Source: an uncultured Acidimicrobiia bacterium (GTDB taxonomy: Bacteria; Actinomycetota; Acidimicrobiia; Acidimicrobiales; AC-14). Taken from it: DNA of 64,000 bases. Below are positions 39,045 to 49,185 of the stretch, one piece after another (position 1 is the stretch's first letter; each line of letters opens with the position of its first letter). The stretch lies in contig CAWIIV010000006.1 in assembly GCA_963836205.1 (NCBI GenBank), forward strand, positions 608,001 through 672,000, read 5' to 3'. The notes beneath the pieces are model-generated. The model was not told where the DNA came from. It did no database searches and saw nothing but the letters and a program-made list of their open reading frames with translations. The translations under genes were made by a program, and so were the position numbers.

Positions 39045-39929
39045 GTGACCAGGCTGGCCCAGCTACTGGTGGCGGGGGTGGCGGTGGGGTCGCTCTACGG
39101 ACTCATCGCGCTCGGGTTCGTGGTGATCTACCGGGCCAGTCACGTGTTCAACTTCGCCCAGGGGAGCTTCCTGCTCCTCGGGGCCTACCTCACCTTTGGC
39201 TTCCACCAGCAGCTCGGGCTGCCGTTCTTCCCGGCCCTGGCCCTGGCCGCGGTGGCGGCGGCCGTGGTGGGGGTGGCCGTCGAGCGGCTCGCCCTGCGCC
39301 GGATGGTGGGCCAGCCCACGTTCGCGGTGATCATGATCACCATCGGCCTGGCGGTGGTGATGGACGCCCTCTTGGTGTGGGCGTGGGGGGCGGAGCGCCT
39401 CAGCGTGGGTGACCCGTGGGGGCTCACGACCTACCGCGTCGGCGGGGCCGGCGGCGTCCGGGTGGCGGCCATCGACATCGCCCGGCTCCTCGCCGCGGGG
39501 CTGGTGCTCGCCGCCTACTGGCTGTTCTGCCGATACTCGTCCCTCGGCGTCGCCGTGCGGGCCACCGCGGCCGACCAGGAGGCGGCGGTGGCCAGCGGGA
39601 TCGACGTCCGCCGGGTGTTCGCCGTGTGCTGGGCGATCGCGGCCGCCATCGCCACCGTGGCCGGCGTGCTGCTGGCCGCGGGGGCCCGCGGCATCGACCC
39701 GTCCCTCTCGGCAGTTGCCCTGGCCGCCTTCCCCGCTCTGGTCCTGGGTGGGGTCACCTCCCCGGCGGGGGCCATCCTCGGCGGGCTCGCGCTCGGGGTG
39801 GTGGAGGTCCTGGCCGCCGGGTACCTCGGCGCCAACGTCCACACCGTCGTCCCCTACGTCCTCCTGCTGGCCGTGCTCCTGGTACGCCCGTCGGGGATAT
39901 TCGGCGACCGCGAGCGGGCTCGGCTGTGA
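39045..39929 (+). CDS. livH: Branched-chain amino acid ABC permease
   Basis: GSLYGLIALGFVVIY...FNFAQG; AVRATAADQEAA. Confidence 0.88.
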   Translation: MTRLAQLLVAGVAVGSLYGLIALGFVVIYRASHVFNFAQGSFLLLGAYLTFGFHQQLGLPFFPALALAAVAAAVVGVAVERLALRRMVGQPTFAVIMITIGLAVVMDALLVWAWGAERLSVGDPWGLTTYRVGGAGGVRVAAIDIARLLAAGLVLAAYWLFCRYSSLGVAVRATAADQEAAVASGIDVRRVFAVCWAIAAAIATVAGVLLAAGARGIDPSLSAVALAAFPALVLGGVTSPAGAILGGLALGVVEVLAAGYLGANVHTVVPYVLLLAVLLVRPSGIFGDRERARL

Positions 39930-40981
39930 CCCCCCGGCGGATGGCCGCCGCCGCCCTGGCCGTCACCTTCCTCGTCCTTCCCCTCGCAGTGGGCGACTTC
40001 GGGCTGTCGGTGCTGACCTTCGCCGGGATCTTCGCGGTGGGCGCCATCGGCCTCGACCTGGCCGTGGGCCACGCCGGCCAGATATCGCTCGGCCAGGGCT
40101 TCTTCATGGGCGTGGGCGCCTACGTCGGCGTCAACCTGGCGGCCGAGTGGGGGCTGGCCCTGCCCCTGTGGCTGGTCGGGGCGGCGGTCGTGGGCGGCAC
40201 CCTGGGCGCACTGGTCGGACTGTGCGCCCTGCGCCTCCAGGGTGCCTACCTGGCCATCGTCACCGTCGGCGTGGTGTTCGTCGGCCTTTACATCTGGAAC
40301 AACGTGGCGTCGATCTCGGGCGGGGCGGCGGGCACCGGGGGGGAGGCGCCGGCCGCCCTCGGCCCCATCGACTTCAACCACCTGCGCCTTGCGGGCCAGG
40401 CGTACTCCCGGCAGCAGTCGTGGTTCTGGCTGGTGTGGGCGCTGGTGGCGGCGTCGGCCTGGATTGCCGCCAACCTGGTGCGCACCCGTACCGGCCGGGC
40501 CTGGCAGGCGGTGCACGACAACGAGCTGGCCGCGTCGGCCCTCGGCGTCGACGTGGGTCGGGCCAAGGTGTCGGCCTTCGCGGTGGCGGGAGCGCTGGGC
40601 GCGGTGGCGGGAGCCCTCTACTTCGGCTACGTCCAGTACGTCGGCCCCGACGAGTGGAGCCTCTTCCTCTCGGTGCAGTTCCTCGCCATCGTGATCGTGG
40701 GCGGGTCGGGACGGCTGGCCGGTCCGGTGGTCGGCGCCCTCGTCCTGGGCGGGGCGCCCCGCCTGGTGGAAGAGCTCAGCCCCCACCTCCCGATCGGCGG
40801 CCTCGGGCTGACGGTGGCCAATCTCAACCGATTACTGTTCGGCCTGCTCGTGGTCGGCTTCGTGGCCTACGCACCCCGGGGCCTGGCCGGCGCATGGGAC
40901 GACGTGCAGCGGCGGCGGCGGCGCTCCATCCGCCAGCCGACGCCGACGCCCGCGATGGTCGAGGACAAGGAGCTGCTGTGA
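39926..40981 (+). CDS. livM: Branched-chain amino acid ABC permease
   Basis: GHAGQISLGQG, LRLQGAYLAIVT, RTGRAWQAVHDNELAA. Confidence 0.88.
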   Translation: MTPRRMAAAALAVTFLVLPLAVGDFGLSVLTFAGIFAVGAIGLDLAVGHAGQISLGQGFFMGVGAYVGVNLAAEWGLALPLWLVGAAVVGGTLGALVGLCALRLQGAYLAIVTVGVVFVGLYIWNNVASISGGAAGTGGEAPAALGPIDFNHLRLAGQAYSRQQSWFWLVWALVAASAWIAANLVRTRTGRAWQAVHDNELAASALGVDVGRAKVSAFAVAGALGAVAGALYFGYVQYVGPDEWSLFLSVQFLAIVIVGGSGRLAGPVVGALVLGGAPRLVEELSPHLPIGGLGLTVANLNRLLFGLLVVGFVAYAPRGLAGAWDDVQRRRRRSIRQPTPTPAMVEDKELL

Positions 40982-42240
40982 ACCGACGTACGCCCCGGCG
41001 CCGCCCGGTCGGCGCCGCCCCCCTGGCCGTGGCCGTCGCCCTGGCCCTGGTGGCCGGTGCCTGCGGGCGGGGCGACTCGGCCCCGGAGGCACCCGGCATC
41101 GACGAGTCGGCGGCCACGATCAGCGTCGGCATCCTGACCCCGCTCTCGGGCCCGGTCCAGGTGATCGGCGAGCCCCTCCTCAACGGCTTCCGCACCCGGT
41201 TCGCAGGCGTCAACGCCAAGGGCGGAATCGGCGGGAAGTACCAGGTGGAGGTGGTCGCGGAGGACAACCAGTACGACGTGCCGACCTCGGTGCAGCTCTA
41301 CCAGAAGGTCAAGGACCGGGTGGCCGTGCTCGCCCTGGTGGGCACGCCCCACGTCAACGCGGTCCTGCCCCAACTGAAGGCCGACGGCATGGTCGCCATC
41401 CCCGGGTCCCTCGACGCCAACTGGATCCGGGAGGTCAACCTCCTCCCCTACGGCGGGCCGTACCAGATCCAGTTCCTGAACGGTGCCGACTGGTACCTCA
41501 ACCAGGCCGGCGGCCGGGGCAAGCGCATCTGCGGGATGGCCATCGAAGGCCCCTACGGCGACGCCGGGGTGGCGGGCCTGGCGGCGGCGGCCGAGGCCGA
41601 GGGCTTCACCGTCGAGGCCACCGAGCGCTACCGCTCGACCGACACCGAGTTCGCCGCCCCCGTGGGCCGGCTGGCCGACGCCAAGTGCGACGCCGTCTTC
41701 CTCACCGGGCTCCCCGCCACCACCGGCCCCATCCTGGGCGCGGGCGTGAAGCTCGAGTTCACCCCCCTGTGGCTGGGGCAGTCGCCCACCTGGAGCACCT
41801 CGTTCTCCCAGTCCCCCGAGCTGCTGCCCGTCCTCGAGCGGTATTTCGTCCTCCTCGGCGACGGGCCCGAGTGGGGGGACGAGACCGAACCGGGGATGAA
41901 GCAGATGATCGCCGACATCGGCCAGTACCGGCCCGACCAGAAGCCCGACGTCTACTTCCAGGTCGGGTACCTCGAAGCGGTGGCGATGGAGGCCCTTTTG
42001 GAGAAGGCGGCCGCGCTCGACGACCTCAGCCGGCCCGGCATCCTCGAAGCCCTGGCGCAGCTGGGCCACGTCGACTACGGCGGGCTCGCCGGGGACTGGA
42101 CCTACGGGCCGCCCGAGGAGCGGGAGCCCTCGCGGGTCACCACCGTCTTCCGGCCCAACGCGGCCAAGCCGGGCGGGCTGGAGGCGGTGGCCAAGAACAT
42201 CTCCGTCCCCGCGGCCCAGGCCTACCGGTTCGACCCGTGA
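40978..42240 (+). CDS. ABC substrate-binding lipoprotein (LivJ-like)
   Basis: Lipobox VAGAC; VGILTPLSGP, VNAKGGI..EDNQYD. Confidence 0.9.
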   Translation: MNRRTPRRRPVGAAPLAVAVALALVAGACGRGDSAPEAPGIDESAATISVGILTPLSGPVQVIGEPLLNGFRTRFAGVNAKGGIGGKYQVEVVAEDNQYDVPTSVQLYQKVKDRVAVLALVGTPHVNAVLPQLKADGMVAIPGSLDANWIREVNLLPYGGPYQIQFLNGADWYLNQAGGRGKRICGMAIEGPYGDAGVAGLAAAAEAEGFTVEATERYRSTDTEFAAPVGRLADAKCDAVFLTGLPATTGPILGAGVKLEFTPLWLGQSPTWSTSFSQSPELLPVLERYFVLLGDGPEWGDETEPGMKQMIADIGQYRPDQKPDVYFQVGYLEAVAMEALLEKAAALDDLSRPGILEALAQLGHVDYGGLAGDWTYGPPEEREPSRVTTVFRPNAAKPGGLEAVAKNISVPAAQAYRFDP

Positions 42241-42250
42241 CCGCCGGGCC

Positions 42251-42811
42251 TCAGTTCATCGACGGGTCGGGCGGGTAGTCGGCGAAGAGGGAGATGGTGC
42301 CCGGCTGGCGGCGGAGGACCTCCCGCCACAGATCCTCGGGCAGGGGCGAGAGGGCGTCGGACGGGTCGGCGTCGACCACGAACCACCCGCCCTCGGCGAT
42401 CTCGGCCTCCAGCTGCCGGGGCGCCCACCCGGCGTAGCCGGCGAAGATGCGGACCTCGGCCACCCCCGGCGCGGCCTGGCCGGGGTCGGCGCTGAGGTCG
42501 ACCGTGCCCACCTGGCCGACCAGGGGATTCCAGCCCCCCTCGGCGATGTCGGCGTCGACCCGGGCCAGGCACAGGGCGGCGTTGGGGGCGACCGGACCGC
42601 CGAGGAACACGACGGGCGGCGACACCACCACCCCGGTCCAGCCCGGGAGGTGCTCGGCGACGTGGACCTCGCTGGGCCGGTTGAGGACCACCCCCATGGC
42701 GCCCTCGTCGTTGTGCTCGAGGAGGAGGACGACCGTGCCCGCGAAGTTGGGATCGCCAACGGTGGGCGTGGCCACCAGCAGGCGTCCCCTGAGCCCTTCG
42801 TCGTCGTTCAC
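42251..42811 (-). CDS. yqgE: YqgE/AlgH-family protein
   Basis: LLVATP..DPNF, GAMGVVLNRP, GGPV, FAGYAGW..QLEAEI..GGW. Confidence 0.92.
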   Translation of the reverse strand: MNDDEGLRGRLLVATPTVGDPNFAGTVVLLLEHNDEGAMGVVLNRPSEVHVAEHLPGWTGVVVSPPVVFLGGPVAPNAALCLARVDADIAEGGWNPLVGQVGTVDLSADPGQAAPGVAEVRIFAGYAGWAPRQLEAEIAEGGWFVVDADPSDALSPLPEDLWREVLRRQPGTISLFADYPPDPSMN

Positions 42812-43014
42812 CCCGTCACCGCCGTGGTCGGACCAGCGGCCCGGGCCGGGCCTGAAACCCGGTCGTCGGCCGGCGGGTGAGCGGGCGAACCGGGCCGGGC
42901 GCTCAGGCGACGAGACCCCGACGCCGGTGGAGGCTCTGGTCGGACACCGGCTCCAGCAAACCACACCCGTTCCCAGGGGAGCACGAATCGAGGGCGGCTA
43001 GCCTCACCCCGAGC

Positions 43015-46000
43015 ATGGAACCGCAGCCTTCCGCCCCACCGGTGGTGGCGGTGGTCGTGGCCAACGAACCGGGTGACTGGTTCGAGGAAGCCTTGGTGGC
43101 GCTGGGCAGCCAGGACTACCCCAATCAGTCGGTGCTCGTGATGGACGCCGGAGGTGACGCCGATTCGGCCCGCCGGGTGGCGTCGATCCTGCCCGACGCG
43201 TACCTGCGGCGGGTCCCCACCCGACCGGGGTTCGCGGCCGCGGCCAACGACGTCCTCCAGACGGTGCAGGGGGCGTCGTTCCTGGTCTTCTGCCACGACG
43301 ACGTGGCCATGGAGCCCGACGCCATCCGCCTCCTGGTGGAGGAGGCCCTGCGCTCCAACGCCGGCATCGTGGCCCCCAAGGTGGTCGAGTGGGACCATCC
43401 CGACCGCCTGCTCGAGGTGGGCCTGGTGGTCGACAAGACGGGCGCCTGCGCGTCGGTGGTCGACCGGGGCGAGCTCGACCAGGAGCAGCACGACGCGGTC
43501 AAGGACGTGTTCGCCGTCTCCAGCACCTGCCTGCTCGTGCGCAGCGACCTGTTCAGCGAGCTGGGCGGCTTCGACCCCGAGATGGGCGACAACGGCGCCG
43601 ACGTCGACCTGTGCTGGCGGGCCCAGGTGGCGGGGGCCCGGGTGGTGGTCGCGCCCTCGGCCGTGGTCCGCCATCACTCGGGCGGCACCCGTCACCCCGA
43701 GGACCCCATCGACAAGGAGGCGGCCCAGACCCGCCACCACCTGCGCTCCATGTTCAAGAGCTACTCGTTCATCACCCTGCTGCGGGTGGTGCCACAGGCC
43801 ATGGTCGTCACCCTGGTGGAGACGATCGTCGCCCTCTTCTCCCGCCGGTGGGGCGAGGCCCGCCAGCTGGTGTCGGCGTGGTTCTGGAACCTGCGCCAGC
43901 TCAACCGGCTGCGGCCGCTGCGCCGGGCCGTCAGCCGCAGCCGCAACGTGCCCGACAGCGAGGTCCGCCGCCTCCAGGTGCGGGGCAGCGTGCGGCTCAC
44001 CAACTACCTCCAGCGCCGGCTGCACGCCGAGGAGCGGGCCCGGGCCCTGGTCTCCGCCGGCCAGGAGCTGGTGGAGTCGGTCTGGCAGGGGCCGGCCCGG
44101 GCCGCGGCCGCCCTCCTGGGCCTGGTCACGGTGGCGTTCCTGATCGGCAGCCGGGGCCTGCTCACGGGACGGATCCCGGCCGTGGGCCAGTTCGCCCCCT
44201 TTCCCGACCCCGCCACCCTCCTCACCCACTTCGTCGACGGCTGGCGCACGACGGGACTGGGCTCGTCGTCGTCGGCGCCACCGATGTTCGGCATCCTCGG
44301 CTTCCTCGGCACCCTGCTCCTGGGCGGTGTCGGGCTGCTCCAGAAGCTGCTGATCCTGGGGGCGTGGCCGGTCGCGGCGGTGGGCGCGTGGCGGGCCGGT
44401 CGCCACCTGGGCTCACCCCTCGCCCGGCTGGTGGGCGTGCTCGCCTACGTCACCGTCGCCCTCCCCTACAACTCCCTGGCCCGGGGCCAGTGGGGCGGAC
44501 TGCTGGCCTACGCCGCCGCCCCCTGGCTGCTGGGATCGCTGCTCCGCATGACCGGGCTGGGACCCTTCCGGCCCGACGACGACACCCACGCGGCCGCGGC
44601 CGGCGGGCGCGACATCCTCATCCTGGGGATGGGCCTGGCCCTGGTGACCGCCTTCGTCCCCGCCATCGCCGTGGCGCTTCTCGTCGCCGCCCTGGGACTG
44701 CTGCTGGGTTCGCTGCTGGTGGGCGAACCCACGGCCACATCGTCGTCCTTCGTCGGCGCGTTGGGGGCGGTGCTGGTCACCATCGTCCTCCTGGTGCCGT
44801 GGTCGGTCGAGCTGTTGCTCCCGGGCGGGTGGTCGACGGTCACCGGCGTGTCCCGCCTCCCGGCGGTGCAGCCGGGGCTGGGCCAGCTGCTGCGCTTCCA
44901 GGTCGGTCCCATGGGCGCCGCCCCCCTGGGCTGGGCCCTGCTGGTGGTGGCCGCCGTCCCCCTCGTGCTGGGCCGCGACTGGCGCTTCGCCTGGGCCGTG
45001 CGCCTGTGGATAACCGCCCTGACCTGCGTCCTCGTGGCCTGGGCCGGTGGCCAGGGATGGATCCCGTTGCAGTTCCAGGCCCCCGACGTCCTCCTCGCCT
45101 TCGCCGCCGCCGCCCTCGCCGGCTCGGTCGCCCTGGGCGCGGTGGCGTTCGAGACCGACCTCCGCTCCGAGCGCTTCGGCTGGCGCCAGGCCCTCTCCCT
45201 GGCCGCGGGCGCCACCATCGCCGCCATCGCCCTGCCCGTCATCGGTGGTGCCACCGACGGGACGTGGGACATGCCGGCGACCGACCTGGCCCGCTCGGTG
45301 GCGTGGATGGAGCCGGAGGGCGAGGAGGGTGCGTTCCGGGTGTTGTGGCTGGGCGACCCGGCGGTGCTCCCCCTCGACAGCTGGCGGTTCCAGGAGGGGG
45401 TGGGCTACGCCACGTCCCGCGACGGTGCCCCGGACGCCGCCGACCTCCTCCCCGGGCGACCCTCGGCCGCCACCGAGACCATCGCCGAGGTCCTGCGGGT
45501 GGCCCAGAACGGCGGCACCGCCCGTCTCGGACGCCTCCTCGCCCCCATGGCCGTGCGCTACATCGTGGTGCCGATCCAGACCGCGCCACGCGACGAGGTC
45601 GCGCCCACGCCCGGCATCCCCCCGGCGCTCACCCGCGCCCTCGGCTCCCAGCTCGACCTGCGCCTGCTCCCGGCCGACGCCACCCTGGCCGTGTACGAGA
45701 ACACCGCCTGGGGCCCGGGCCGGGCCCTGCTCCCCGAGGCCTTCGCCGGGGGGGTCCCCGAGGCCCAGGGTGGGGGCGCCGACCTCACCGGCGGCCAGCC
45801 GGTTCTCGACCAGGGCGGCCCGGTGCGATTCAGCGGGGCCGTCCCCGCCGCCGGCACCGCCCTTCTGGCCGAGACGCCGTCGGGCCGGTGGTCGCTCGAG
45901 GTCGGCGGGCGGGGTGCCGACCGGGCGGCCGCCTTCGGTGTGGCCAACGCCTTCGACGTCGAGCGCCCGGGCAGCGGCCGCCTGCGCTTCAACACCCCGA

Positions 46001-46113
46001 TCCTGCGCTACGGGCTGGTGCTCCTGCAGTTCGCCCTGTGGGTGGGCCTGGTCCGCTACCTCGTCGTCACCCGGCCCCAACACCCGGCCGCCGACCCCCC
46101 TGAGGACCGGTGA
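43015..46113 (+). CDS. Large GT2 glycosyltransferase with a multi-TM region and an extracellular domain
   Basis: FCHDD, LGGFDP..DVDLCWRA; many TM helices; coupled to the DUF5719 gene. Confidence 0.88.
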   Translation: MEPQPSAPPVVAVVVANEPGDWFEEALVALGSQDYPNQSVLVMDAGGDADSARRVASILPDAYLRRVPTRPGFAAAANDVLQTVQGASFLVFCHDDVAMEPDAIRLLVEEALRSNAGIVAPKVVEWDHPDRLLEVGLVVDKTGACASVVDRGELDQEQHDAVKDVFAVSSTCLLVRSDLFSELGGFDPEMGDNGADVDLCWRAQVAGARVVVAPSAVVRHHSGGTRHPEDPIDKEAAQTRHHLRSMFKSYSFITLLRVVPQAMVVTLVETIVALFSRRWGEARQLVSAWFWNLRQLNRLRPLRRAVSRSRNVPDSEVRRLQVRGSVRLTNYLQRRLHAEERARALVSAGQELVESVWQGPARAAAALLGLVTVAFLIGSRGLLTGRIPAVGQFAPFPDPATLLTHFVDGWRTTGLGSSSSAPPMFGILGFLGTLLLGGVGLLQKLLILGAWPVAAVGAWRAGRHLGSPLARLVGVLAYVTVALPYNSLARGQWGGLLAYAAAPWLLGSLLRMTGLGPFRPDDDTHAAAAGGRDILILGMGLALVTAFVPAIAVALLVAALGLLLGSLLVGEPTATSSSFVGALGAVLVTIVLLVPWSVELLLPGGWSTVTGVSRLPAVQPGLGQLLRFQVGPMGAAPLGWALLVVAAVPLVLGRDWRFAWAVRLWITALTCVLVAWAGGQGWIPLQFQAPDVLLAFAAAALAGSVALGAVAFETDLRSERFGWRQALSLAAGATIAAIALPVIGGATDGTWDMPATDLARSVAWMEPEGEEGAFRVLWLGDPAVLPLDSWRFQEGVGYATSRDGAPDAADLLPGRPSAATETIAEVLRVAQNGGTARLGRLLAPMAVRYIVVPIQTAPRDEVAPTPGIPPALTRALGSQLDLRLLPADATLAVYENTAWGPGRALLPEAFAGGVPEAQGGGADLTGGQPVLDQGGPVRFSGAVPAAGTALLAETPSGRWSLEVGGRGADRAAAFGVANAFDVERPGSGRLRFNTPILRYGLVLLQFALWVGLVRYLVVTRPQHPAADPPEDR

Positions 46114-47558
46114 GCGGCCGCCGTATCCCGGCCATCGTCGTCATCGTCCTGGTGCTGGTGGCCGGCGGGGCCATCGACCGGTGGGCGAGGTCGTCGTCGG
46201 ACTCCGTTCCCGACGACCCCGACGCCGCCATCGCCCTGGCCGGCCCCACCGCCGCGCCCGCCTCCGCCCGGTCGTCGGCCTGGTACTGCACGGGCAGCAC
46301 CGGCGCCCCCGACGCGGTGGCCGACGGCACCGTCGTCGTCGCCAACGCCGGCGCCCGGCGGCTGCGGGCCGACGTCACCGTCGCGCCCATCGGCGGCGCC
46401 CCTGGCCAGACCACGGTCGACGTGCCCGCCAACGGACGGGCAGCCGTCCACCTGGCCGACGTCGTGCAGGGCGACTACCTGTCGGCCGTGGTCGAGCTCG
46501 ACGGCGGCGAGGCGGTGGTGGAGCTGTCGACCAGCGGGCCCCTGGGCACCAGCGTCACCCCCTGCGCCTCGACCGCGTCACCCGACTGGTACTTCGCCGA
46601 GGGAGTCACCACCCGCGACGCCACCGAGGTGCTGCTCGTCTTCAACCCGTTCCCCGAGGACGCGGTCGTCGACTTCGCCTTCACCACCGAGGAGGGGCAG
46701 GTCACGCCCCAGGCCCTCACCGGCCTGTCGGTGCAGGGACGGGGCATGACCGCCGTCAACGTGGGCGACTTCGTGCAGCGCCGGGAGACAGTGGCGGCCC
46801 GCATCTCGGCCCGCACCGGCCGACTGGTGGTGTCCCGGCTGCAGATGTTCGACGGCAGCGTCGGCCGCAAGGGCGCTTCGGTGACGCTGGGCATCCCCGC
46901 CCCCGAGCCCCTCTGGTACTTCGCCGACGGTCTGGCCGCCGACGGGCTGGCCGAGCGCTTCCAGGTCTACAACCCCCTCCCCGCCGAGGCCCAGGTGGAG
47001 CTGGCCTTCGCCCTCGACGACGGCGACGCCGAGCCCCTGCGCATCACCGTCCCCCGGGAGTCGCGGGTGACCGTGGTCGCCAACGACGAGAGCCGGGTGC
47101 CCAAGGGCGTGGGCCACGCGGTGACGCTGCGCAGCACCAACGACGTGGCGGTGGTGGTGGAGCGCAGCATCGACGCCGCCGGGGCCGCGGGACGGGCCGG
47201 CGTGGGGTCGTCGCCCGGAGCGCGGTCGACGGCGCGGGCCTGGGTGTTCGCCGCCGGCCAGGCCGACACCGCCCTCGACGAGTTCCTGGCCGTCTTCAAC
47301 CCCGGCACCGGCCCGGTGCGGATCTCGGTGCACCTCCTGGCCGACGACGTCCGCCGCGACATCGCCGGGCTGAAGGACCTCGAGATCCCCGCCGGCGGGC
47401 GAACGGTGGTGCGGATGGCCGACCACGTCGCCGTCCCCGCGGCCGCCCTTCCGCTGCTGGTCACCGCCACCCAACCGGTGGTGGCCGAACGCCTGCTGCT
47501 GGCCCAAGGGGGCTCGCTCGGCATGTCGATCACCCCCGGGATCGCCCTCCGGGACTGA
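46110..47558 (+). CDS. DUF5719-like membrane-anchored secreted protein
   Basis: SSAWYC, PCA..WYFAEG.T, VFNPFP repeats. Confidence 0.8.
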   Translation: MSGRRIPAIVVIVLVLVAGGAIDRWARSSSDSVPDDPDAAIALAGPTAAPASARSSAWYCTGSTGAPDAVADGTVVVANAGARRLRADVTVAPIGGAPGQTTVDVPANGRAAVHLADVVQGDYLSAVVELDGGEAVVELSTSGPLGTSVTPCASTASPDWYFAEGVTTRDATEVLLVFNPFPEDAVVDFAFTTEEGQVTPQALTGLSVQGRGMTAVNVGDFVQRRETVAARISARTGRLVVSRLQMFDGSVGRKGASVTLGIPAPEPLWYFADGLAADGLAERFQVYNPLPAEAQVELAFALDDGDAEPLRITVPRESRVTVVANDESRVPKGVGHAVTLRSTNDVAVVVERSIDAAGAAGRAGVGSSPGARSTARAWVFAAGQADTALDEFLAVFNPGTGPVRISVHLLADDVRRDIAGLKDLEIPAGGRTVVRMADHVAVPAAALPLLVTATQPVVAERLLLAQGGSLGMSITPGIALRD

Positions 47559-47703
47559 GCGAACCGGCCCGCAGAATCGACGGAAGGGGGCCCCCAGGCC
47601 CCCCTCCGACAACGCCGCCCGGGCTTGTCAACTCGATGGTCCACTGTCCGCGGCGCCACCGTCAATAGAGTCCGTCGACAGCTACCGGCCCGCTCCGACG
47701 CCG

Positions 47704-47829
47704 AACTGGTGACGGATTCGGTGGTCCTGGCCACCGGATACGTCACCGGTTGGAGGGCGTGACCGCCCGCCGGCCGACCCGAACCGGTGACCGATCCGGT
47801 CGTCCTGGCCACCGGATACGTCACCAGCT
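47704..47829. repeat. REP-like palindrome family A, intergenic pair
   Basis: AACTGGTGACG...CGTCACCGGTT (47704-47751) and AACCGGTGACC...CGTCACCAGCT (47782-47829). Confidence 0.88.
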
Positions 47830-47865
47830 GCGAGGCCGCGGGCGCCGGTGGTCGATACTGGCGGG

Positions 47866-48354
47866 ATGGAGCGGCTCCTCGTGGTGGCGGTGGTCGTGGT
47901 CGCCGCCGTGGTCCTCGCCCTCGTGGTCGAACGGCGCCGGCCGGACGCCCCCACCCAGGGCGAATGGCCGGTGCCCCGCCAGCTCGACCGGGCCGATTTC
48001 GACCGGGCCGACGCCCCCTGGCTGGTGGCGGTCTTCTCGTCGGCCACCTGCGACTCGTGCGCGACAGTGGTGCGGAAATCGGCCGTGCTGGCCAGCGCCG
48101 ACGTCGTCGTCCAGAACGTCGAGGTGGGGGCCCAGGGCGACCTGCACAAGCGCTACGGCATCGAGGCCGTGCCCACCATCGTGGTGGCCGATGCCGAGGG
48201 CGTGGTGCGGGCCTCGTTCGTGGGACCACCGTCGGCCACCGACCTGTGGGCGGCGGTGGCCGAGGTCCGGGAGCCGGGATCGAGCCCCGAGCCCCAGCTG
48301 GGCCAGCCCGGCGGCCACGCCGGAGGCGCCCAAAGTGCCGAATCGGCGTCGTAG
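47866..48354 (+). CDS. Membrane-anchored thioredoxin-like protein
   Basis: N-terminal TM, FSSATCDSC, YGIEAVPT. Confidence 0.85.
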   Translation: MERLLVVAVVVVAAVVLALVVERRRPDAPTQGEWPVPRQLDRADFDRADAPWLVAVFSSATCDSCATVVRKSAVLASADVVVQNVEVGAQGDLHKRYGIEAVPTIVVADAEGVVRASFVGPPSATDLWAAVAEVREPGSSPEPQLGQPGGHAGGAQSAESAS

Positions 48355-48366
48355 TACCGTCCGTCC

Positions 48367-49185
48367 GTGACCATCGCAGGCGTCGAGGAGCTCTTTCGCG
48401 CTCGCGAGCTCACCGCCAACCTGGTCAAGCGCGACCTCAAGGTCCGCCACCGGGGCACGTTCCTGGGGATGCTGTGGTCGCTCACCACACCCCTGCTGTT
48501 CGTGGGCCTCTACTGGTTCATCTTCACGTTCATCTTCCGGGCGGGCGATATCCAGGACGCGACCCGATCCAACGGCACGGTCGTTCCCTTCGCCCTCTAC
48601 TTCTTCGGCGGGCTGGTGATATGGAACCTCTTCGCCACCGCCGTTGGAGGCTCGACCGGCAGCGTCATCGGCTCCGGCTACCTGCTGGGCAAGGTCTACT
48701 TCCCCCGTGCCATCCTGCCCCTGAGCACGGTGCTGTCGTCGGTGGTCACCTTCGGATTCGAGCTGGCGGTGCTGCTGGTGGCCACCCTGCTCTTCGCCGG
48801 GCTGCCGGGACTGCATCTCCTCTGGTTGCCGCTGATCCTGGTGGTGGTCACCGTCCTGTCGTTCGGACTGGCCCTGATCCTGTCGGCCGTCACCGTGTTC
48901 CTCCGGGACATGGCCCACTTCATCGGCGTGTTCCTCCAGCTCTGGTTCTGGGGGACGCCGATCATCTACTCCCTCCACATCCTCGACGACCGTCCCGGCC
49001 TGGTCCGCCTCATCGAGCTCAACCCCATGACGGGCATCGTGGTGTCGTTCCGGAACGTGGTCCTGCTCAACCGCCCGCCCGACTTCAAGCTGCTGGCCTA
49101 CGACGCGGCCGTGGCCGTGGTGTGCCTGGCGGTGGGCACCAAGCTCTTCGGCCGCTGGCAGCGGCAGTTCGCGGAGATCGTCTGA
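48367..49185 (+). CDS. wzm: ABC-2 polysaccharide exporter permease
   Basis: RDLKVRHRGTFLGMLWSL, KVYFPR, TPIIY, NPMT. Confidence 0.92.
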   Translation: MTIAGVEELFRARELTANLVKRDLKVRHRGTFLGMLWSLTTPLLFVGLYWFIFTFIFRAGDIQDATRSNGTVVPFALYFFGGLVIWNLFATAVGGSTGSVIGSGYLLGKVYFPRAILPLSTVLSSVVTFGFELAVLLVATLLFAGLPGLHLLWLPLILVVVTVLSFGLALILSAVTVFLRDMAHFIGVFLQLWFWGTPIIYSLHILDDRPGLVRLIELNPMTGIVVSFRNVVLLNRPPDFKLLAYDAAVAVVCLAVGTKLFGRWQRQFAEIV